Shown here piece by piece: positions 9,848 to 19,203 of a DNA stretch of 43,364 nt. The notes beneath the pieces were generated by a model, which was not told where the DNA came from, ran no database searches, and worked only from the letters and a program-made list of their open reading frames with translations. Each line of letters opens with the position of its first letter. Position 1 is the first letter of the stretch. Location: NCBI GenBank assembly GCA_048937405.1, contig JBHLNF010000021.1, positions 1-43,364 of the forward strand. The letters run 5' to 3'. Both the position numbers and the translations under genes were made by a program. This DNA is from Promethearchaeota archaeon. Lineage in GTDB: Archaea > Asgardarchaeota > Lokiarchaeia > Sigyniarchaeales > SOKP01.

Positions 9848-10399
9848 TTAAGAAGAAGTTTTAGTAAGTTTTTCTATCATCATTTTTGTAATTGATTCAA
9901 AGATTTCTTCTACGTTTTCACCAGTTTTGGAAGAGCATTCAATATAACCATGTAGTTTATATTTATTAGCTAACTCGATTGCTTCATCAGATTGCACTGA
10001 TCTTTTTTCTTCTAAATCTGATTTTCCTCCAACCATAATTATAGGTATTCTTAACTCTTTTTCAGAAACAAAATATTCAAAAATAGATAACCAATCATCA
10101 ATATCTTTTACACTTGAATATCTTGTTATATCAAACATAAAGATGCCTCCATCTGCTCCTTTAGCAAAACTAGGCAATAGTACTCTAAAACGTTCTTCCC
10201 CTGCAAAATCCCAGATTCGAAGTGTTACTGATTTACCATCAATCGTTACATTTTTAATACTAAAATCTGCACCTATTGTCATTTTGATGTCCTCTTCGAA
10301 AATCTTTGTTACATATCTTTTTATCAATGTTGTTTTACCTACTCCACCTGATCCAAAAATACAAATTTTATAAGCTAATTTTGACTCTATGTTTAACAC
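9848..10399 (-). CDS. Rab-like small GTPase (Ras superfamily)
   Basis: G1 GSGGVGKT, G2 TIGADF, G3 WDFAGEE, G4 GKSD, G5 CSSK; no C-terminal prenylation Cys. Confidence 0.92.
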   Translation of the reverse strand: MLNIESKLAYKICIFGSGGVGKTTLIKRYVTKIFEEDIKMTIGADFSIKNVTIDGKSVTLRIWDFAGEERFRVLLPSFAKGADGGIFMFDITRYSSVKDIDDWLSIFEYFVSEKELRIPIIMVGGKSDLEEKRSVQSDEAIELANKYKLHGYIECSSKTGENVEEIFESITKMMIEKLTKTSS

Positions 10400-10652
10400 C
10401 TTATTTTTGATAAAAAAATTCTTCGTCTTCTATATGATCTTTATAATGTTTAAAAAATCTTTTTAATTATAAAGTAATTTAGTTCTTATTTATATTTTTT
10501 TCGTTCTTTAAGGATAGTATGAGTCTTTTACTTTTTCTCACCAAATGCTTATAGAGATTAATTCTATAAAAAAGCAAAACTTCTATTTTAATTAGTTCAA
10601 TTTATTTTTTAATGAATAATTCGTTGAAAGAAGAGAATTGGGATAAATTACT

Positions 10653-11072
10653 TTACTTAATAATATCAGTTATGAAACAGGTTTCAATTATCTTGATTCC
10701 CTTAATTTGTGATATTTTATCCTCAATTAATGGATTGAATTTTTCTATTGAATCGATATCAACTTTCAGAAGTAACCCACAATCACCTGACAAACGCCAA
10801 ATAGTTGAAATTTCATCAATACCAATTAATTCATTCAATATCCTTTTGATATCCTTGAAATCAGGCTCAATTTTAATAGTCGCATATAATTTTTGCCTTG
10901 TATCAATTTCAAAATCAATTGTAAATTTTTTAATTATACCCTCTTCAATTAGTCTCTTTACGCGTCTCCTAACTGTTGCTTCTGTTTTTTGCACAATCTT
11001 TGAAATATCATTATAAGAGATTCTACTGTTTTCTTTAAGTAGATCTAAAATTTTTTGGTCTATTATATCCAT
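10653..11072 (-). CDS. Lrp/AsnC family transcriptional regulator
   Basis: DIIDQKILDLLKENSRISY...TVRRRVKRLIEEGII HTH plus RAM domain (LSGDCG). Confidence 0.93.
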   Translation of the reverse strand: MDIIDQKILDLLKENSRISYNDISKIVQKTEATVRRRVKRLIEEGIIKKFTIDFEIDTRQKLYATIKIEPDFKDIKRILNELIGIDEISTIWRLSGDCGLLLKVDIDSIEKFNPLIEDKISQIKGIKIIETCFITDIIK

Positions 11073-11379
11073 TTTAGACGAGTCAATAAAATTTGGGAGA
11101 TTAAATTTGAAAGAATATATTCCTCTATTTTTAGAATATGGTGTTTCATTTATTAATTCATTGTTATTAATAATGATATACTAAAGCAGAAGTGATTTAA
11201 AAGTAGGAGAAAAAGACTTATCTCATTCTTTTAAACTTAGAATTTAGAGGTATTTTAAGGTATTTGATGAAAAAATAATAAAAATTAGTTCTTAAATCAT
11301 CTATTTTTAAAAAAGGATTAATAGTTTAAATGTTTTTGAAACTAGAAGTATTTCAAAGTAAAATTACTGTTAATTTTTA

Positions 11380-12075
11380 TTATTTATTTTTCAAAATATC
11401 TTCAAATTCCATTTCTGAGATAAAACCTTTATGCATCAATATATTTCTAATATTTGTTAATACTTTAGGAAAATTGATAGCATCTATCATCTGAGCTTGC
11501 AGAGTTTGATTTCTAGATTCCAAATCTATAATTTTTTTTTCATTACTTTTAATTTCCTCCTCATATTCTGCTTTAATAGTTTCAATGTCTATAGAATTTT
11601 TACTTAATTTTTCTAGTTTTTCTTGATAATTTTTAATCTTTTCTTCAAATTCAGTTTGAGTTTTTTCTAAATTCTTGTCTTTTGTTGAAATTTTTAATTC
11701 TAAATCCTTTATTAATGATTCTAACTCTTTTTTCTTGTTATTATTCTGATTTTTCTGATTTTTTAATTCAATCTCTATGTCTTTTAGCTTAGTCTCTGAT
11801 TCTCTTAATTTAATTTCTGATTCTTTTAACTTGACTTCTAACTCTTTGATATTATTTCGACTATTTTTCAGTTCATCTTCTAATTTTTTATTGCTTGCTT
11901 TAATTTCATCAATATTTTTGTTGATAGCGATTGATTCCTCTTTAATTTTGTTCGAATCAGTTTTTATTTTTTCTAACGCTTCATTGGCTTTATTGGTTTT
12001 TTCTCTATAATTGATAAGACTTTTCTCTAAGTCATTTGTCTTCGCATGGAGATCTAGGAGAAATCTACCTTCCAC
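11380..12075 (-). CDS. Coiled-coil protein
   Basis: Continuous K/E/L heptads; start codon uncertain because the frame is open to 12132. Confidence 0.65.
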   Translation of the reverse strand: MEGRFLLDLHAKTNDLEKSLINYREKTNKANEALEKIKTDSNKIKEESIAINKNIDEIKASNKKLEDELKNSRNNIKELEVKLKESEIKLRESETKLKDIEIELKNQKNQNNNKKKELESLIKDLELKISTKDKNLEKTQTEFEEKIKNYQEKLEKLSKNSIDIETIKAEYEEEIKSNEKKIIDLESRNQTLQAQMIDAINFPKVLTNIRNILMHKGFISEMEFEDILKNK

Positions 12076-12293
12076 TTTGAAAATTTTTTCTGGTTCTTCT
12101 TCTACTTTTGGCCAATCAATACTAATTTTTTTTCACCCAATAATACAATATTATTTTATCTAAATTTATAAAACTTAAATAGAGAGAACATAAAAATTAA
12201 ATAATTTAATTATTATGATTTTGATAGTTTTATTAATAAGAATTATTAAATCTTAGTTTTTAAAAATTATATTTTTTAAAAAATATTTCTTAA

Positions 12294-12695
12294 GTGATTT
12301 CAGTGGGTAAATTATTTGAAAATTTTGCTGTTTTAGATCAAAATAACAATATCATTTTTGAGCGTGTAAATGATCAAGAGTTTTGTGCTGAATTCTTTGG
12401 ACAAGTATTAGTTGCGTTTGATGCTCTCACTAAACACATAGCAGATGGGGAGTTGTCAAATATAGAATGGGGAGACAAATTAATAACAATAAAAAAAAAG
12501 GAGGAGATCATATTTTTAGCATGCTGTGATAGTAATACTAAAGAGAGTAAAGTAAATGAAGAATTGGATGTTGTGTCTAAGAGATTTTTCGATATTTATC
12601 CCAAAGTCTTAATAGAAGATTTTGAGGGCGATAGAGCTGTGTTTTCTAATAGTGAACAGAGGTTTCTTTCAGAAATTAAATATTTAATTGATTAA
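12294..12695 (+). CDS. Longin/roadblock-like domain protein
   Basis: beta-beta-alpha-beta-beta-beta-alpha pattern ending F..Y....FEGD...F; resembles 13178..13576. Confidence 0.6.
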   Translation: MISVGKLFENFAVLDQNNNIIFERVNDQEFCAEFFGQVLVAFDALTKHIADGELSNIEWGDKLITIKKKEEIIFLACCDSNTKESKVNEELDVVSKRFFDIYPKVLIEDFEGDRAVFSNSEQRFLSEIKYLID

Positions 12696-12815
12696 ATCAT
12701 TAAAATTATACTAATTTTTTTGAAAAGACATATAAGAAAAAAGTTTTATAATAGATAAAAACAAATAGAAAATATTCAAATATAAGTAAATTCTCACATT
12801 AATAAGGGAATCATC

Positions 12816-13148
12816 ATGAGCTTTGATTGGAATTTTTATTTTAGTTTAATTTGTTCGATTGGAGGGATAATTTTTTTCATAATCAGTCTATTGATAGTCA
12901 TGAAAATAAAGGAATTATTTCCTGCAACTAAACTAATTAAAAAATGGGTGATAATACAGATATTAATTGTATTATTTCTGGGTGGATATGTTTTTAATAT
13001 CATATTTTTGGCACTTGAAATGACTACAATTACGAATATCATGGTCGCTATTGTTTATATCTTTGGGGGATTATTTGTTTTATTAATTGTTAATCTTAGC
13101 TATAAGACCTATAAAGAAATTCTTATGGGGTCTAGTGATAAAAAATAA
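12816..13148 (+). CDS. Small membrane protein (3 TM)
   Basis: Three hydrophobic segments in 110 aa. Confidence 0.7.
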   Translation: MSFDWNFYFSLICSIGGIIFFIISLLIVMKIKELFPATKLIKKWVIIQILIVLFLGGYVFNIIFLALEMTTITNIMVAIVYIFGGLFVLLIVNLSYKTYKEILMGSSDKK

Positions 13149-13177
13149 AACATAAAATGAAAATAATAAATTAAAAA

Positions 13178-13576
13178 ATGTCTCCATTACTTGATGAGCT
13201 ATGGGTTTTTTCTAAAGCAGGTGTTCCTATAGTCGATTTTTCAAAAGAAAAGAATGTCGATAAAACTTTTTTAGGATTCTTTATTTCTGCAATAAAAACT
13301 TTCAGTCAAAAAGTTTCAGGAAGAGAGTTAAAAGGATTTAATATTGGGAATAATAAATATACATGTATTCACTGTTTAGAAGATAAGCTTGTATTAGTAT
13401 GTAGATCACCTTTAGATATAAATAAGAAAAAGATTCAAAAAATTTGCTCTGTAATTGGTATAATGTTTGAAAAAATGTTTTCAATTGAAGACATTGAAAA
13501 ATGGAATGGAGATATCTCTTTTTTTGAGGACTTCCAACACAAAATAGATTTATACTTTAGGATGAGTGATATATAA
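13178..13576 (+). CDS. Longin/roadblock-like domain protein
   Basis: LWVFSKAGVPI...FISAIKTFS...WNGDISFFEDF pattern. Confidence 0.65.
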   Translation: MSPLLDELWVFSKAGVPIVDFSKEKNVDKTFLGFFISAIKTFSQKVSGRELKGFNIGNNKYTCIHCLEDKLVLVCRSPLDINKKKIQKICSVIGIMFEKMFSIEDIEKWNGDISFFEDFQHKIDLYFRMSDI

Positions 13577-13743
13577 ATCCTTCAATTAAATCCCAATTTT
13601 TTTCTTTTTAATATTTTTAAATAACTTTTTTCTGAACATTTTTGTAACAACAAAAAATTGAAATAATACTTCTTTTATATTTAGTGTATCAATTAAGAAC
13701 ATAATTTTATTTTTTTTACCTAAATTATTTTATCAAAGTAATC

Positions 13744-15084
13744 ATGGGAGATGTAAATTTTACTGATGTATTAAAGAAACTTGCAGATAGAATAGAAGAA
13801 AAAGTAACCAATTACGTTGAGCCAAAACATTTATTATTAAATCGCATTGATTTAAAAGGATTTAAAGAAGTTGTGGATCAATACATGAAAAATCGTAATC
13901 TGTGCAAAAAGACATTGGAAGTAAAAGGAACATGGCGATTAGATTTAGATTATGGGCCACAATTTGAAATCAAGCTAAAAACTGAAAGAGCAGGAGAGAT
14001 TATTGTACAAACGGATGAATTAACTTTATTTGGAGGTGGAGGTACAGCATTACATCCAATATCTTTATGTATGGCAGGATTTTGTGGGTGTTATAGTGCA
14101 GCTTTTGCAAAATGGGCAGCAATGGAGGGGATTGAATTAAATCAGTTAATGATAAGGGTTAATGGTGATTTAGATTTCTCTTCTGTGTTAAATATTGAAG
14201 AAAATGTACCTATAGTTGATCATTATCAAATTGAGTTATTTATTGAAAGTGATGCGAGTTTTGAAGAATTAAATAGAATCTCAGAAATTACTAAAAGGCG
14301 CTGCTTTTGTTATTATTGTATATCGACCTCAACTATCCCAAAAATTACTTTAAAAAATGAAGGAAAACCATCTCTTAATAATAATAATTTGAATCAAAAA
14401 GACAAAAGAATACTCAATAGAATAAATTTAGAAAGATATAGAGATACTGTTGAAATTTTCAAACAAAATCGCTCACTATGTAAAAGATTTATTGAAGCAG
14501 AAGGTCGTTGGAGATTAAATGTACAATATGGCCCTCAATTCGAAATAAAATTACCTACTGAAACCGCAGGAGAAATAACAGTTCAAACTGATGAAACCAT
14601 AATATTGGGTGGGGGGGGAACATCTTTTCATCCTGTAGCTCTTTGTATTGCTGGTTTTAGTGGTGATTTTGCTACACACTTCGCAACTTTAGCAGGTTTA
14701 TATGGTATTGAACTTAAGAAATTAGAAACAAATGCAAAAATGAATATAGATTTGACCACGGGATTTGGTATTGAAGATGGCGTCTCCATGATTGATAATT
14801 TTGAAATTGAATTGAAGGTTGAGAGTAATGCTTCAGATGAAGAACTCACAGAAATTCTCGAACTTGCGAAAAAAAGAGCTTTTTGCTATTATTGCTATTC
14901 AACACCTGTCTTTCCAGACGTGTTTGTAAGAAAGATTATTTCGAAAGAGGAAAAACAATTAACTGAAGAGCCTGGACATTTACTTGGTAAAATAGAAGAG
15001 AAAAAAATTAATTTAATACATATTGATAATCCACATAATATAAAGGTAATAATAGGGCGGGATATAAGAATAAAAGAGTTATAA
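13744..15084 (+). CDS. Tandem two-domain OsmC/Ohr-like protein
   Basis: Two homologous halves (LNRI.L...QTDE...GGGGT..HP...C.AGF...KR.FCYYC). Confidence 0.75.
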   Translation: MGDVNFTDVLKKLADRIEEKVTNYVEPKHLLLNRIDLKGFKEVVDQYMKNRNLCKKTLEVKGTWRLDLDYGPQFEIKLKTERAGEIIVQTDELTLFGGGGTALHPISLCMAGFCGCYSAAFAKWAAMEGIELNQLMIRVNGDLDFSSVLNIEENVPIVDHYQIELFIESDASFEELNRISEITKRRCFCYYCISTSTIPKITLKNEGKPSLNNNNLNQKDKRILNRINLERYRDTVEIFKQNRSLCKRFIEAEGRWRLNVQYGPQFEIKLPTETAGEITVQTDETIILGGGGTSFHPVALCIAGFSGDFATHFATLAGLYGIELKKLETNAKMNIDLTTGFGIEDGVSMIDNFEIELKVESNASDEELTEILELAKKRAFCYYCYSTPVFPDVFVRKIISKEEKQLTEEPGHLLGKIEEKKINLIHIDNPHNIKVIIGRDIRIKEL

Positions 15085-17208
15085 CGTAATCTGTTTTTTT
15101 AAATCCATTATTTTTTTTTCTAGAGTCATTGCTTTAATAGATTTTCCTAATCCCGCTAATTTAAGAATTACAAGTGAATCTTTAGCAGATTTTAAGGAAT
15201 TTTCATAATCTAACTGTAGATAATAACAACCAGCAATATTGTTATAAAAATCTGCCATTGAAGGCAAATCATTTAATGATTCTGCAATTTTTTTACCTCT
15301 ATTAAAATAATTCATAGCATTTTTAAAATCTCTTGAAAAGTAATACGCTTTTCCAATTAAATTATGATATTTCATTTCACTTGTTAAATCGTCATATTCT
15401 TGTGAGATTTTAATAGCATCTTTAAAATAACTAAGGGATTCATCGTACTTTTTTTCATTAAAGTATACCTCACCTACTTTAGATAAGTGCCAAGCTTTAC
15501 CTTCATTATTTTTTAATTTTTCATCATATTCTAAAGCTTCTTTGAATTTTTCCAAAGCAAGTGAAAAATCACCAAATTTTTGATATATTGTCCCTATATT
15601 ATTCAGGCATATCGCCAAATTTCTAATATTATTTAATCTTCTGAAAATTTTTTCTGATTGCTGGAAATATTCTAAAGATAAAGTAAGATTCTCAAGCTTA
15701 TAATGAATTGATGCAATATTGTTATATATAATTGCTTTCTTTTTTAGATCACTTAACTTTTCAGTAATTTTAATTGCTTTATCAGCGAATTGTAAAGCTT
15801 TAGAATACAACTGCATTTTCTCATAAATTTCAATAATGCTATTAATAATCCTAAGTTCTTCTGTGAGATTCCCCGTTTCTTCTACTATTTTCATTGCTTC
15901 ATGGTAGACTTGCAATGCCCTAGAAAAATTCTTTATCTTCTCATTAATTTCTCCTATATTACTTAAATAAATAATCTCTTGATCTTTATAACCTAATTCC
16001 TTAGATATGTTAAGTGCTTCTTCAAAATTTAAAATTGCTTCAGAATAGTTTCCCATTCTAAAGTATATCCAGCCAATATTATTTAAAATTAAGAGTTTAT
16101 GATCTTGATGAAGATTTTCATTAAAATATTCTAAAGCTCTTATTCCACATCTAAAAGAATCGTCAAATCTATCTAAATTAAAGTATAATATATGTGGAAT
16201 CAGATATCTTATCATCATATTAGGCAGATCAATATTTTGGCATAACCAATCTTGAAATTCTATTGAAAAGTTATTAGTGCTAAGATCATAATCAAAATCA
16301 CTGATTGTTCTTAAAAAATGCATAATATTAGCGTTTATTCTAAATAATTCGACATTGGGATTCTGATTCTTGATCTGAAATAGAATCTTATCTAAATCAT
16401 CCCTATTTCTTGAAGATTTATTATCATTTTTTTTTATCTCAATAATATTGATATTTCCTTGATCATTCGAAATATGATTCAACCATAGAATTCTTTTTAA
16501 TTTATGGTATTTCTTCAAGATGGGAATTATATCAAAATCATTTTTTCCAGAATAACCTATTAAAATCAAATTAGCATTATTCAACAATTTATTCAGTAAA
16601 ACTCCTTTATACGGTTCAACAAAAAATAAATCAAATTCAGATTTATAAGAACCGATTTTTTTAATCATTGAAAGAAAATATTCTTTAGTACTTTTGCCTG
16701 TTAATATATTTTTCGTTGATCCGTGAATTTTAAATAAAAACTTTTTCCCATCATTTAAATAATCTAAAATATTTCTAAATTTTTTATAATCTTTTTCAGT
16801 TATAATTGAAAAGATATGCTCTTTCCCACCATTAGATTGAACTAAGGCGTGCTCGATTAAAGAATCAAAATTTGATGTAATAACAATGTGTCCTATATTT
16901 ATCATTTCTGCTAGAAAAAAATGAATAATATTGGGTCTATTACATTGTTCAAAATATTCAATTATTCTCAAATCATTATCAAATTGACTTCTTAAAATTT
17001 CTATTAGAGTTTCAAACTTTAAACCCTCTAACTGAGATATACTTTCAATTTCCGATTTTGCACATGTAAATTTGATTAGTTCTTCTATTATTTCGTTGGT
17101 ACTTGGAAGATTAGAAGGTGAATTAATAGAACATCCTGCTCCGGCAACGAAAATATATTTTTGATTGTCCTTTAACAAATTTTCTAAGTTTAAATTTACT
17201 TCATGCAT
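15079..17208 (-). CDS. SIR2-like (SIR2_2) domain plus TPR array protein
   Basis: FVAGAGCS, ITSNFD, KIHGS, LIGYSG..DFD; C-terminal NNIG/NNIA TPRs; paralog of 31348..33636. Confidence 0.85.
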   Translation of the reverse strand: MHEVNLNLENLLKDNQKYIFVAGAGCSINSPSNLPSTNEIIEELIKFTCAKSEIESISQLEGLKFETLIEILRSQFDNDLRIIEYFEQCNRPNIIHFFLAEMINIGHIVITSNFDSLIEHALVQSNGGKEHIFSIITEKDYKKFRNILDYLNDGKKFLFKIHGSTKNILTGKSTKEYFLSMIKKIGSYKSEFDLFFVEPYKGVLLNKLLNNANLILIGYSGKNDFDIIPILKKYHKLKRILWLNHISNDQGNINIIEIKKNDNKSSRNRDDLDKILFQIKNQNPNVELFRINANIMHFLRTISDFDYDLSTNNFSIEFQDWLCQNIDLPNMMIRYLIPHILYFNLDRFDDSFRCGIRALEYFNENLHQDHKLLILNNIGWIYFRMGNYSEAILNFEEALNISKELGYKDQEIIYLSNIGEINEKIKNFSRALQVYHEAMKIVEETGNLTEELRIINSIIEIYEKMQLYSKALQFADKAIKITEKLSDLKKKAIIYNNIASIHYKLENLTLSLEYFQQSEKIFRRLNNIRNLAICLNNIGTIYQKFGDFSLALEKFKEALEYDEKLKNNEGKAWHLSKVGEVYFNEKKYDESLSYFKDAIKISQEYDDLTSEMKYHNLIGKAYYFSRDFKNAMNYFNRGKKIAESLNDLPSMADFYNNIAGCYYLQLDYENSLKSAKDSLVILKLAGLGKSIKAMTLEKKIMDLKKQITL

Positions 17209-17380
17209 AATACTGAATACTTTGTGTTAAATTTCTGGTGAAAAACATACCTAAATAAAATCTGAAAATCTAAAAAACAATATCCTATATATCTTTTACA
17301 TAAATAAAAATTTTAACATAAGAAAATAATAAAATTTTTTCATTAAATAAAATTTGATACAATTTTATTGATATTTAATT

Positions 17381-17410
17381 GAACTACCATACCCTAAAGA
17401 GTATGGATTC
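17381..17410. mobile_element. Possible degenerate IS200/IS605-type terminal hairpin
   Basis: GAACTA-CCATAC-CCTAAAGA-GTATGG-ATTC resembles the AACTACC...CTAAAG...GG end hairpin; no transposase nearby. Confidence 0.3.
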
Positions 17411-17721
17411 GTAATCCCTATGATTCAATGAGAATCGTAGACAGTAAAGGATAGTTCTCTACCCTTACATCATCAATATGATGATCATAATTATATTTCT
17501 TAAGAATATCTTATCTAGTTTCTAAACTAAGGATTCATAGTCAGTATTGAATATTTAACAAATGAATGATCGAAATTAGTATTTATATGATCTAATTTTG
17601 AAAAAGGATTAATAGTTTGAATCTTTTTCTTACATAGAATAATTTTAAATTATAACTACTAGGATTTTTATAATCCTGAATTTTATTTTAAAAATAGAGC
17701 AAAATAATTATTGAGAAAAAA

Positions 17722-19203
17722 ATGAATGCTATTCAATATGATTTAGCTATTATTGGTGGAGGACCAGGGGGTTATCATGCAGCTATTAGAGCGGCTCAAT
17801 ATGGAGCAAAAGTCGCATTAATTGAAAAAGATAAGTTAGGTGGTACCTGTCTAAATTGGGGATGTATCCCTACAAAAGCTTTATATGCTTCTGCGCATTT
17901 AGTAGAAAAAATAAAAGATGCCCATGAATTTGGAATAGAAATTTCTGATTATCATTTAAATTTTGCTAAAGCTGTTGAGAGAAAAAATCAAGTGGTACAA
18001 GAATTGGTTGGGGGAATTGAGCAATTAGAGAAGGCATGGAAAAACGATGTTTATAAGGGATATGGCAAAATTTTAGGGGGAAATACTAATGAAGGATTTG
18101 AAGTTTCGGTTGAAGGTGAAAATAATGTGGTATTAAAAGCAAGAAGAGTAATCATCGCGACAGGTTCCTCACCGGCTATAATTCCAGCGTTTAATATTGA
18201 TCACGAAAAAATTTTGACAAGTGATGATATTTTACATCCTGCGTTTAAAACTGTACCTAAAAGACTATTGATCATTGGAGCAGGTGTTATCGGGTGTGAA
18301 TTTGCGAATATTTTTACTAGATTTGGGAGCAAAGTAATTATACTTGAATATCTTCCCTCTGCAATTGCTACAGAAGAACCTATGATAGTCAAAGAATTAA
18401 TGAAAAAATTTAATGAATTAGGAATTGAGCTACATACGTCACAAAATGTGTTATCTATAGAAAATACAAAGTCTGGAGTAAAAGCTACTACATGTGATGC
18501 CTCCGTTCCACGAGATCAAACTGAATCTGCTGAAAAGTCTGTATTTGAAGCTGATTTGTGTTTAGTTTCTATTGGTCGTGCAAAAATATCAAAAGATCTT
18601 GGTTTGGAAAATCTTGGTATAGAAACTGATCGTGGTGCTATAAAAGTCAATAAAGATACCCTAGAGACTGCTATGAAAGGAATCTATGCAATTGGAGATG
18701 TCACAGGCGGGCTTATGCTTGCTCATGTAGCCAGCTATGAAGGTGATATCGCAGTTGCAAATGCATTAGCCAATATTGGAAGTTTTCCTGTTAGCGAAAT
18801 GAAACCAGATTATAAAGTAGTACCAGCAACAATTTTCACCTCTCCAAATATAGGTTCTGTAGGCTATAGAAGAAAAGTTGCAAAAGATATGGGAATGGAT
18901 GTCTTAATGGGCCAATTTCCTTATCAATCACTTGGTAAAGCTAAATGTATGGGCGAAGAAACAGGCTTCCTTGTAGTTTTGGCTGATAAAGAGACACATA
19001 AAATCGTTGGGGCATCTTGTATTGGCGCTGAAGCCCCAGAATTAGTAGCTGAAATAGCATTGGCAATGCAACATGGCTTAACAGTTCATGATGTTTCTGA
19101 GACAATTCATTCACACCCTACAATATCAGAAATGGTATTAGAGGGATGTGAAGCAACAGTTGGTATGGCTATCCATAAAAAAGGGAGACCTATTCACCAT
19201 TAA
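17722..19203 (+). CDS. lpdA: Dihydrolipoamide dehydrogenase
   Basis: GGGPGGY, GGTCLNWGCIPTK redox disulfide, GAGVIGCE, HSHPTISE. Confidence 0.96.
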   Translation: MNAIQYDLAIIGGGPGGYHAAIRAAQYGAKVALIEKDKLGGTCLNWGCIPTKALYASAHLVEKIKDAHEFGIEISDYHLNFAKAVERKNQVVQELVGGIEQLEKAWKNDVYKGYGKILGGNTNEGFEVSVEGENNVVLKARRVIIATGSSPAIIPAFNIDHEKILTSDDILHPAFKTVPKRLLIIGAGVIGCEFANIFTRFGSKVIILEYLPSAIATEEPMIVKELMKKFNELGIELHTSQNVLSIENTKSGVKATTCDASVPRDQTESAEKSVFEADLCLVSIGRAKISKDLGLENLGIETDRGAIKVNKDTLETAMKGIYAIGDVTGGLMLAHVASYEGDIAVANALANIGSFPVSEMKPDYKVVPATIFTSPNIGSVGYRRKVAKDMGMDVLMGQFPYQSLGKAKCMGEETGFLVVLADKETHKIVGASCIGAEAPELVAEIALAMQHGLTVHDVSETIHSHPTISEMVLEGCEATVGMAIHKKGRPIHH

